From positions 18,902 through 82,901 of the forward strand of contig JAXLVE010000003.1 of NCBI GenBank assembly GCA_046329175.1: a stretch of DNA of 64,000 bases. Direction: 5' to 3'. Of this stretch, positions 17,610-26,700 are shown piece by piece. A model generated the notes under the pieces. That model had not been told where the DNA came from. It searched no databases and worked only from the letters and a program-made list of their open reading frames with translations. This DNA is from Flavobacteriaceae bacterium (GTDB taxonomy: Bacteria > Bacteroidota > Bacteroidia > Flavobacteriales > Flavobacteriaceae). The position numbers were made by a program, and so were the translations under genes. The first letter of the stretch is position 1, and each line of letters starts with the position of its first letter.

Positions 17610-19838
17610 ATGAAATATACTTTCCAAATCCTATGCTTGAGTCTTGTCGGACAAATGCTGGGACAAACTTCTGTTCAGAAAAAAGACAGCACTGTTGTTT
17701 TGAACACCGTCATTGTTGCGCCCAAACAACAAAGCCCCGAACGCATGCCTGAAGTCAAAAACAACACGCTTTACTCCGGCAAAAAAAACGAAGTCATCAA
17801 ACTCGAAAATATCAATGGAAATTTCGCTAACAACAATGCGCGTGAGATTTTCTCAAGGGTGCCTGGAGTAACCGTTTGGGAAAACGAAGGTTCGGGAATA
17901 CAAGTAAACGTCGGTGTTCGAGGTTTGAGCCCCAACCGAAGCTGGGAGTTTAACACGCGTCAAAACGGTTATGACATTTCATCGGATGTTTTTGGCTATC
18001 CAGAAGCTTATTACAATCCGCCGATGGAAGCCGTTGAAAGCATACAAATCATCCGCGGAGGCGCATCATTGCAATTCGGACCTCAGTTTGGCGGTATGCT
18101 GAATTACATCCTCAAAAGAGAAAACAACAAAAAGTTTTCATTTGAAACGCAAAATACTGTGGGCAGTTATGATATGCTAAGCTCATACAATGCCTTGGGC
18201 GGAACCTACAAAAATTGGTCGTATTATGTTTACAACGACATACGCAGTGGAAACGGCTGGAGAAAAAACAACCGATATAATGTGCGCAACACCCATGCTT
18301 TTGTAGCATATCGATTTACTGAAAAAACAAAGCTTTCAGCCGAATACACCAACATGGACTACAAAATGCAACAACCCGGAGGCCTTACCGATGCACAATT
18401 TGAAGACAATCCGCGACAATCCTTCAGAGAGCGCAACTGGTTCGGTACGCCTTGGAACGTTTTTTCTTTGCAAATAGACTCAGAAATTAATGAACATTTC
18501 TCTTGGAACACCAAGCTTTTTGGTTTGGTCAGTCAGCGCAACAGTGTGGGATTTACCGGTGCCGCAAGTACTTTAGACGAGATCAATCCGGACACGAATT
18601 CATACGCCAATCGACGTGTAGATCGCGATTCGTATGAGAATTTCGGGCTTGAAACACGCGGCATTTACAAATTCAACTTAGGTAAAATAAAAAACAATTT
18701 GGCTTTTGGGGTTCGTGTTTATCAAGCCAAAACCCATCGTCAGCAAGAAGGAAAAGGCAGCACAGGTTCTGGTTTTGATTTGAGTATTGAAGGAGATTTT
18801 GCGCGCGATTTAGATTTCAAAACCCAAAATCTGGCTTTTTTTGCCGAGAATCAATTTAAACTTTCGGAGAAATTCAGTATCACACCGGGCTTGCGTTATG
18901 AAAATATTCAATCTGAAGCGAGTGGTCAGTTTGGCCTAAATTCTGGGAATCCGGTGATGTTAGACAAAACTACACTCAAAAGAAGCCAACCGCTTTTGGG
19001 CCTAGGGCTTGAATACAAACTCAGAACAACGAATTTTTACGCCAACATTTCGCAAGCTTATCGCCCGGTTTTGTTTTCTGATTTGACTCCACCAGCCGTG
19101 ACCGATGTCATTGACGCTGATTTAAAAGATGCCGACGGATTCAATGCCGATTTAGGCTACCGCGGAACCTATAAAAACATACTCAACTTTGACTTCGGCT
19201 TATTTTATTTAAGCTACAACAATCGAATTGGCGGCGTTCGTCAGTTTGTGAACAATGACCCAACACAAGGAACTTATTTGTACCGAACCAACTTGGGCGA
19301 AACGGTGAGCAAAGGGATTGAAAGTTTTGTCAACCTAAACATTACAGAATTATTTGCAGTAAAAAATGCGTACGGAAATGTGGATGCCTTTGCCTCTATG
19401 AGTTTTATCGATGCCCGATATACCGACTTCAAAACCTATACCTCAAGCGGTTCGGCTCCGAATATCGCGATTCAACAAAGTAATCTTTCGGGTAATAGAG
19501 TTGAAAACGCGCCGAGATACATCCATAGTTTTGGCTTGTCTTGGAGCACAAATCAATTTTCAAGTACGCTTCAATATCGCATGTCCGGCGAAATCTTTAC
19601 CGATGCGAACAATACAAAAGCCCCTTCAGCTAGCGGAACTACAGGACTGCTCGACGGATATCAATTGCTGGATTTATCAGCTGAATACAAATTCATGAGT
19701 TCCTATAATATCAAAGCAGGCATCAATAACTTAACGAATGAATCTTATGCAACGCGTCGATCTGGAGGATATCCCGGCCCAGGAATTTTACCCGGCGATG
19801 CCAGAACGTTTTACATTTCTTTGGGTATGAAGTTGTAA
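17610..19838 (+). CDS. TonB-dependent outer-membrane receptor (siderophore/metal type)
   Basis: 742 aa. Signal peptide, plug-domain motifs (IQIIRGGASLQFG) and a long beta-barrel with alternating aromatic strands to the C-terminus. Confidence 0.85.
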   Translation: MKYTFQILCLSLVGQMLGQTSVQKKDSTVVLNTVIVAPKQQSPERMPEVKNNTLYSGKKNEVIKLENINGNFANNNAREIFSRVPGVTVWENEGSGIQVNVGVRGLSPNRSWEFNTRQNGYDISSDVFGYPEAYYNPPMEAVESIQIIRGGASLQFGPQFGGMLNYILKRENNKKFSFETQNTVGSYDMLSSYNALGGTYKNWSYYVYNDIRSGNGWRKNNRYNVRNTHAFVAYRFTEKTKLSAEYTNMDYKMQQPGGLTDAQFEDNPRQSFRERNWFGTPWNVFSLQIDSEINEHFSWNTKLFGLVSQRNSVGFTGAASTLDEINPDTNSYANRRVDRDSYENFGLETRGIYKFNLGKIKNNLAFGVRVYQAKTHRQQEGKGSTGSGFDLSIEGDFARDLDFKTQNLAFFAENQFKLSEKFSITPGLRYENIQSEASGQFGLNSGNPVMLDKTTLKRSQPLLGLGLEYKLRTTNFYANISQAYRPVLFSDLTPPAVTDVIDADLKDADGFNADLGYRGTYKNILNFDFGLFYLSYNNRIGGVRQFVNNDPTQGTYLYRTNLGETVSKGIESFVNLNITELFAVKNAYGNVDAFASMSFIDARYTDFKTYTSSGSAPNIAIQQSNLSGNRVENAPRYIHSFGLSWSTNQFSSTLQYRMSGEIFTDANNTKAPSASGTTGLLDGYQLLDLSAEYKFMSSYNIKAGINNLTNESYATRRSGGYPGPGILPGDARTFYISLGMKL

Positions 19839-19865
19839 AAAACAGAGAAATTAAAACCAACCAAA

Positions 19866-19892
19866 AGCTCGATCCTGTGTCGGGCTTTTTTT
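19866..19892 (+). terminator. intrinsic terminator after the TonB-dependent receptor
   Basis: agctcga-tcctgtg-tcgggct hairpin followed by ttttttt. Confidence 0.55.
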
Positions 19893-20171
19893 ATTAAAAA
19901 TTCTAAAACTTTGAACGTTAAAATCATCTTAAAAAAAGAATATTTTTTTATATTTGTTCATGTAGCCTATTTCGAGATTTATCAGGTTTTTTTATAAATT
20001 TTAAAGCATATCTCAGCGATAGAAATTAAAACTTGTATAAGCCCCACAGAAATTAAGATTTTAACCCATTTTTTATTTCTGAATCCATCTGATAGAATTC
20101 AAAAGCTGCTCAGATTAACTATGAACCTATTGTTTTTTTTGACCCATCAGAAAAAACTAAGCTATGATAAC

Positions 20172-20447
20172 ATGAAAAAAAACTACATCGCATCCCTCGC
20201 GCTGGTTTTTTGCGCTCCGATTTGTTTGGCACAAGAACAAAAAAAAGAGACTAATTCCGAGTCTAAAATTCAACTGGAAAAGACCGCTGAAGAAAGCAAA
20301 GCTTCACCTCAAATTGCACCTTTACAAACTGGTTCAGCTCAGAAAAAAGTAAAAGCGGCTCCTGAAGTTTTTTATATAGTTGATGACAAAGCGGTTGATT
20401 ACAAAACATATCTGCTTCATTTACAAAAAACCAAAAATCAACATTAA
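20172..20447 (+). CDS. small secreted hypothetical protein, translationally coupled to the giant adhesin gene
   Basis: 91 aa from the internal ATG (MKKNYIASLALVFCAPICLAQ is a signal peptide). Lys/Glu/Gln-rich low-complexity middle. Its TAA stop overlaps the adhesin ATG (TAATG at 20445-20449). Confidence 0.5.
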   Translation: MKKNYIASLALVFCAPICLAQEQKKETNSESKIQLEKTAEESKASPQIAPLQTGSAQKKVKAAPEVFYIVDDKAVDYKTYLLHLQKTKNQH

Positions 20448-22840
20448 TGCATCGCGGTTTATTGCATAAACTGCTTTTTTCAATTGTCGTCTTTTTTGCT
20501 GGCATAACTTCTTTGTGGGCACAACCAACCAACGATTTGTGTAGTGCAGCTCAAGTATTGACGGTAGAGGTTGGCACCTGTACTTCTGCGTTTTACACCA
20601 ACGTAGCCGCAACAACTACCGGAAACCCTACAACTCCACCCTGTTGGAATCCGGCAACCATGAGTAATACCGTTTGGTTTTCATTTGTTGCGACCACTGC
20701 AGATGTTGAAATCGGAACCAATTTCGGAGGAACGCTCTCCAATACGCAAATTGCGGTTTATAGCGGAACTTGCGCTTCTTTGAATCTATTAGCTTGTCAA
20801 GAAGATGTCAATACTGCCGGAGGTTTACTCTTTAACAACGTGGTTTTGCACGGACTTACCGTTGGAAACACCTATTACATCGCTGTTGACGGAAATGGAA
20901 CCCAAACCGGAACTTTTGGGATCTGCATACAACAAGCTGCTCCGGTGGGACCACCGTTGCCTACTCAAGATTGTGCCGGTTCACAAACCCTTTGCAACTT
21001 AAATAACATTACAGTGCCTGATGGCCCCGGTGGCGTTGGCCCTACCCAAGAATGGCCCAGCTGTTTTGGGTCGCCCGGCGAACGTTCATCCAATTGGTAT
21101 TCATTTACTGCCGGAACTTCTGGTACACTTTGCTTTACGATTAATCCAAGCACAGACATCGATTATGATTTTGCCGTATACAATAGTTCAACAGGGTGTC
21201 CCGGAACTGAAATCGTCTGTAATTGGGATCCGGATTCTCCAGTAACAGGTTTAGGTTGTACCGGATTTCAATGTGAATCGTGCATTGCGGTAACCGCCGG
21301 ACAAACCTACACAATTTTGGTTGATCGATTTACAGCGGCTTCCACTTCTGGTTTTACTTTAGATTTTGCCGGAACTACCGCAACCATTGCCAGTCCGAAC
21401 CCAAGTTTTACTGCAACAACTGTTTGCTTGGGCTCTCCAACACAATTCACCAATACTACTCCTGGAAATTACACTTATAGCTGGAACTTTGGAGATGGCG
21501 GTACTTCCAACCTTGAAAACCCAACGCACACCTACACCACCACGGGTCCGCATACGGTTACTTTGTTGATTACAGCGGTTCCAGGTGGATGTCAAAATTC
21601 AATTTCGCAAACCGTTACGGTTAACCCAATGCCAACGGCAAGTGCCGGAACAGGCACTACTCTATGTTCTGGAGCATGCTATAATTTAAGTGGTTCTACC
21701 GATGCTGTTGGGTATTTAGGAACAACAACATTCAGCAACAATACTTCTTTTGCTATTCCGGACGGAAGTACTACCGGTGTTTTTTCACCCATCATAGTTT
21801 CGGGCATCACGCCAACAACGGTCTCCAACACAACCATTGCCTCGGTTTGTTTAGACATTTCACATACTTTTGATGGTGATTTGGATATTTTTCTACAAGC
21901 ACCCAATGGTGTTCAAATAGATTTGTCCTCTGACAATGGCGGAGGCGGAGACAATTACACAGGCACCTGTTTTAGCTCGTCGGCCACAACTTTAATTACC
22001 GCTGGAACCGTTCCTTTTAATGGGTCATATATACCTGAACAAGCCTTTAGTACTTTAAACGGATCCAACGTCAATGGAACTTGGCAATTATTTGTTCGTG
22101 ACGACACCGGAATTGACACCGGAACCATCAACAGTTGGTCGATTACTTTAAGCAATCAGGTTCCTGCATTTTCGTGGTCGCCCATAACGGCTATGACCAA
22201 TGCCAATACATTAACGCCAACCGTATGTCCTACTTCAACAACAACCTATACGCTCACGGCAACCAACGGCCCAGGATGCACCACTACAAGTTCTGTAATT
22301 ATTAACGTTAGCGGTGGTGCTACCGCGAATATTAGTTATCCAGTAGCTGCGGTTTGTACCACAGCTGGAACACAGGTGGTTACACTTACCGGAACTGGAA
22401 GCTACACCAGCGGGACCTATAGTGCGGGAGCCGGGCTTTCAATTAACACTTCATCGGGTTTGATTACTCCAAGTTCAAGCACGCCCGGCCCATACACAAT
22501 AACTTATACGATTCCCGCTTCAGGCGGATGTCCAGCCGTTACGGCAACTACAACCATAACCATTACGGCTCCACCTACTGCCGGAACTTTATCGGGAACG
22601 CAAAACATTTGTATTGGTGATTCGGTGACTTTTGGTTCTACTGTTTCAGGCGGAACTTGGACGTCTTCTAATCCTGCGGTGGCGACTATTAATGCTGCTA
22701 GTGGAGCAATCGTTGGCATTTCTGCCGGAACAGCGACCATGACCTATACTGTTCTGGGTTCGGGTGGATGTCCTAATGCTTCGGATGTGCGAACAATTAC
22801 CGTAACTGCTGTCGGCCCGGAACTCAATCCATTTGTATAG
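20447..22840 (+). CDS. adhesin fragment 1: signal peptide, two Cys-rich N-terminal domains, PKD domain, proprotein-convertase P-domain, Ig-like domain, first Big_2-like unit
   Basis: 797 aa. The signal peptide is MHRGLLHKLLFSIVVFFAGITSLWAQ. The PKD motif YSWNFGDGGTS..HTY..GPHTVTL is at about 21394-21627. The P-domain (HTFDGDLDIFLQAPNG...NGTWQLFVRDD..GTINSWSITL) is at about 21748-22155. The ORF ends in an out-of-frame stop inside a repeat unit. Confidence 0.8.
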   Translation: MHRGLLHKLLFSIVVFFAGITSLWAQPTNDLCSAAQVLTVEVGTCTSAFYTNVAATTTGNPTTPPCWNPATMSNTVWFSFVATTADVEIGTNFGGTLSNTQIAVYSGTCASLNLLACQEDVNTAGGLLFNNVVLHGLTVGNTYYIAVDGNGTQTGTFGICIQQAAPVGPPLPTQDCAGSQTLCNLNNITVPDGPGGVGPTQEWPSCFGSPGERSSNWYSFTAGTSGTLCFTINPSTDIDYDFAVYNSSTGCPGTEIVCNWDPDSPVTGLGCTGFQCESCIAVTAGQTYTILVDRFTAASTSGFTLDFAGTTATIASPNPSFTATTVCLGSPTQFTNTTPGNYTYSWNFGDGGTSNLENPTHTYTTTGPHTVTLLITAVPGGCQNSISQTVTVNPMPTASAGTGTTLCSGACYNLSGSTDAVGYLGTTTFSNNTSFAIPDGSTTGVFSPIIVSGITPTTVSNTTIASVCLDISHTFDGDLDIFLQAPNGVQIDLSSDNGGGGDNYTGTCFSSSATTLITAGTVPFNGSYIPEQAFSTLNGSNVNGTWQLFVRDDTGIDTGTINSWSITLSNQVPAFSWSPITAMTNANTLTPTVCPTSTTTYTLTATNGPGCTTTSSVIINVSGGATANISYPVAAVCTTAGTQVVTLTGTGSYTSGTYSAGAGLSINTSSGLITPSSSTPGPYTITYTIPASGGCPAVTATTTITITAPPTAGTLSGTQNICIGDSVTFGSTVSGGTWTSSNPAVATINAASGAIVGISAGTATMTYTVLGSGGCPNASDVRTITVTAVGPELNPFV

Positions 22841-23508
22841 GGGATTCTGTGACTTTTAGTTCTTCTGTTTCAGGCGGAACTTGGACGTCTTCTAATCCTG
22901 CTATTGCTACAATTAATGCTTCAACCGGAGCCATTGTCGGAGTATCGGCTGGAACAGCGACCATGACTTATACCGTTTTGGGTTCAGGTGGATGTCCCAA
23001 TGCCACAGCGACTAGAACGATTACCGTAACTGCGCCTGTGTCGGCCGGAACTTTATCCGGAACTCAAAATATTTGCATTGGTGATTCAGTTACTTTTAGT
23101 TCTTCTGTTTCAGGCGGAACTTGGACTTCTTCGAATCCTGCGGTGGCGACTATTAATGCTGCTAGTGGAGCAATCGTTGGCATTTCTGCCGGAACAGCGA
23201 CCATGACCTATACCGTTGCGGGTTCAGGCGGTTGTCCGAATGCCACGGCGACGAGAACCGTGACCGTAACCGCGCCTGTGTCGGCCGGAACTTTATCCGG
23301 AACTCAATCCATTTGTATAGGGGATTCTGTGACTTTTAGTTCTTCTGTTTCAGGCGGAACTTGGACGTCTTCTAATCCTGCAGTGGCAACCATCAATGCT
23401 TCAACTGGAGCCATTGTCGGAGTATCTGCGGGAACTGCGACCATGACCTATACTGTTCTCGGTTCGGGTGGATGTCCGAATGCTTCGGATGTTCGAACAG
23501 TAAATGTT
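22568..23508 (+). repeat. Big_2-like 240-bp tandem units, run 1 (4 units; unit 2 carries the 16-nt net deletion)
   Basis: Unit boundaries were read at 22568, 22808, 23032 and 23272. The consensus is APVSAGTLSGTQ(N/S)ICIGDSVTFSSSVSGGTWTSSNPAVATINASTGAIVGVSAGTATMTYTVLGSGGCPNATATRTVTVT. Confidence 0.85.
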
Positions 23509-23697
23509 AATAGCATTCTATCACCGGTGATCAATTGCGGAACTTCGACCACTTCATCGGTTCAATTCACTTGGACGGCTGTTAGTGGTGCTACCGGATA
23601 TAATCTCACTTATCAAATCAATGCCGGAGCGGTGACTAATGTCGGGGCCATCGGAAATGTAACTTCCCTATGCGTTCTCTTCTTTATCGCCGGGTGA
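22849..23697 (+). CDS. adhesin fragment 2 (Big_2-like units 2-4 and the start of linker A1); no signal peptide of its own
   Basis: 282 aa. This frame is open from 22777. The sequence is a direct continuation of the repeat consensus (GDSVTFSSSVSGGTWTSSNP...). Confidence 0.7.
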   Translation: MTFSSSVSGGTWTSSNPAIATINASTGAIVGVSAGTATMTYTVLGSGGCPNATATRTITVTAPVSAGTLSGTQNICIGDSVTFSSSVSGGTWTSSNPAVATINAASGAIVGISAGTATMTYTVAGSGGCPNATATRTVTVTAPVSAGTLSGTQSICIGDSVTFSSSVSGGTWTSSNPAVATINASTGAIVGVSAGTATMTYTVLGSGGCPNASDVRTVNVNSILSPVINCGTSTTSSVQFTWTAVSGATGYNLTYQINAGAVTNVGAIGNVTSLCVLFFIAG

Positions 23698-23785
23698 TGT
23701 CATTACGCGCAACACTGCCCCGACTGGGCCTGCGCCAAGTTGTTTCACTTCGAGTTCGCTTTCGTGTACAGCCAACAATTGCGTT

Positions 23786-26700
23786 TTGCCAACGGCTTCG
23801 ATTGCTTATAGTGGAAGTCCGTTCTGCACAACTCTGTCTTCAGCTCAATCGGTAACTCTGAGCGGAACCGGAAGCTACACCGGAGGAACATTCTCTGCAC
23901 CAGCAGGGCTTTCTATCAATGGTTCGAGTGGAGATATCACACCAAGCACTTCAACTCCGGGGCCGTATACGGTGACTTATACCATTTTGGGAACTGGCGG
24001 ATGTCCGAATGTGGTGGCTACAACCAGTGTCATCATTACCGCGCCTGTGTCAGCCGGAACTCTTTCCGGAACGCAATCCATTTGCGTTGGCGATTCAGTC
24101 ACTTTTAGCAGTACTGTTTCAGGCGGAACTTGGACTTCTTCTAATCCTGCAGTGGCAACCATAAATGCTTCAACTGGAGCCATTGTCGGAGTATCTGCCG
24201 GAACAGCAACCATGACCTATACTGTTCTCGGTTCGGGTGGATGTCCCAATGCCACAGCGACTAGAACCGTGACTGTAACTGCGCCGGTTTCTGCAGGAAC
24301 TTTATCCGGAACACAATCCATTTGCATCGGTGATTCCGTCACTTTTAGTAGTACTGTTTCAGGTGGAACTTGGACTTCATCCAATCCTGCAGTGGCAACC
24401 ATCAATGCTTCAACTGGAGCCATTGTCGGAGTATCTGCGGGAACTGCGACCATGACTTATACCGTTTTGGGTTCGGGCGGTTGTCCGAATGCAACAGCGA
24501 CGCGAACTATAACCGTGACTGCGCCTGTGGTAGCTGGAACTTTATCGGGAACTCAATCCATTTGTATCGGTGATTCAGTCACTTTTAGTAGTACTGTTTC
24601 AGGCGGAACTTGGACGTCTTCTAATCCTGCGGTGGCAACCATCAATGCGTCAACCGGAGCCATTGTCGGGGTGTCGGCCGGAAGCGCCACCATGACTTAT
24701 ACCGTTGTGGGTTCAGGCGGATGTCCGAATGCAACAGCGACTAGAACTATAACCGTGACTGCGCCGGTATCAGCCGGAACTTTATCCGGAACGCAAAACA
24801 TTTGTACCGGTGATTCGGTGACTTTTGGTTCTTCTGTTTTGGGCGGAACTTGGGCTTCTTCTAATCCTGCAGTGGCAACCATCAATGCGTCAACCGGAGC
24901 CATTGTCGGGGTGTCTGCCGGAACTGCGACCATGACTTATACCGTTTTGGGTTCAGGCGGTTGTCCCAATGCTTCGGATGTCCGAACGATGACAGTGAAT
25001 AGCATTCTATCGCCGGTGATCAATTGCGGAACTTCGACCACTTCATCGGTTCAATTCACTTGGGCTAGTGTTAGTGGGGCTATCGGATACAATCTCTCCT
25101 ATCAAATCAACGCTGGCGCTGTGGTGAGTGTCGGAGCCATCGGAAATGTAACTTCTTATCTTTTCTCTTCATTATCGCCGGGTGATGTCGTTAGCATAAC
25201 ACTCACCCCGACTGGGCCTGCGCCGAGTTGCTTTGCTTCGAGTTCACTCTCGTGCACAGCCAATAATTGCGTTTTACCAACGGCTTCGATTGCTTATGCA
25301 GGAAGTCCGTTCTGCGCAACTCTGTCTTCGGCTCAAGCGGTAACTTTAAGCGGAACCGGAAGCTACACCGGAGGAACTTTCTCTGCGCCAGTAGGGCTTT
25401 CCATCAATAGTTCGAGTGGTGATATCACACCAAGCACTTCAACTCCGGGGCCGTATACGGTGACTTATACCATTTTGGGAACTGGCGGATGTCCGAATGT
25501 GGTGGCTACAACCAGTGTCAGCATTACCGCGCCTGTGTCAGCCGGAACTCTTTCCGGAACGCAATCCATTTGCGTTGGTGATTCAGTTACTTTTGGCAGT
25601 ACCGTTTCAGGCGGAACTTGGACGTCTTCCAATCCTGCAGTGGCAACCATCAATGCTTCAACCGGAGCCATTGTCGGCGTATCGGCCGGAACTGCGACCA
25701 TGACCTATACCGTTGCGGGTTCAGGCGGTTGTCCCAATGCCACAGCGACTAGAACCGTGACTGTAACTGCGCCGGTTTCTGCCGGAACTTTATCGGGAAC
25801 GCAAAACATTTGCATTGGTGATTCCGTCACTTTTAGTACTACCGTTTCAGGCGGAACTTGGACTTCTTCTAATCCTGCAATCGCGACTATTAATGCGGCT
25901 AGTGGAGCCATTGTTGGTGTGTCTGCCGGAACTGCAACCATGACTTATACCGTTCTGGGTTCGGGTGGATGTCTGAATGCAACAGCAACGAGAACCGTAA
26001 CCGTAACTGCTCCTGTGTCGGCCGGAACTTTATCCGGAACTCAATCCATTTGTATAGGGGATTCTGTGACTTTTAGTTCTTCTGTTTCAGGCGGAACTTG
26101 GACGTCTTCTAATCCTGCAGTGGCAACCATCAATGCTTCAACCGGAGCCATTGTCGGGGTGTCGGCCGGAAGCGCCACCATGACGTATACCGTTCTGGGT
26201 TCGGGTGGATGTCCTAATGCTTCGGATGTGCGAACAATTACCGTAACTGCGCCGGTATCAGCCGGAACTCTATCCGGAACTCAAAATATTTGCATTGGTG
26301 ATTCAGTTACTTTTAGTTCTTCTGTTTCAGGCGGAACTTGGACGTCTTCTAATCCTGTAGTGGCAACCATCAATGCTTCAACCGGAGCCATTGTCGGGGT
26401 GTCGGCCGGAACTGCGACCATGACCTATACCGTTGCGGGTTCAGGCGGTTGTCCCAATGCAACAGCAACGAGAACCGTAACCGTAACTGCGCCGGTATCA
26501 GCCGGAACTCTATCCGGAACTCAAAATATTTGCATTGGTGATTCAGTTACTTTTAGTTCTTCTGTTTCAGGTGGAACTTGGACGTCTTCTAATCCTGCAG
26601 TAGCAACCATCAATGCTTCAACTGGAGCCATTGTCGGAGTATCTGCCGGAACAGCAACCATGACGTATACCGTTCTGGGTTCGGGTGGTTGTCCCAATGC

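Noticed and set aside
15338-20171. tRNA-Asn followed by genes of unknown or accessory function (a lipoprotein, an SQR-like gene and a TonB receptor), as a possible integrated genomic island.
   Set aside because: There is no integrase or recombinase, no direct repeat of the tRNA 3' end that I could find downstream, and no mobility genes. The composition does not visibly differ from the flanks.
22777-22840. Possible programmed -1 ribosomal frameshift joining ORF 20447-22840 to the next frame, and +1 frameshifting at 23663-23697.
   Set aside because: The overlap windows contain no X XXY YYZ slippery heptamer, no obvious downstream stimulatory structure and no known +1 site. The first site also lacks 16 nt of a structural domain compared with all other units. 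A mutation or a sequence error is the simpler explanation.
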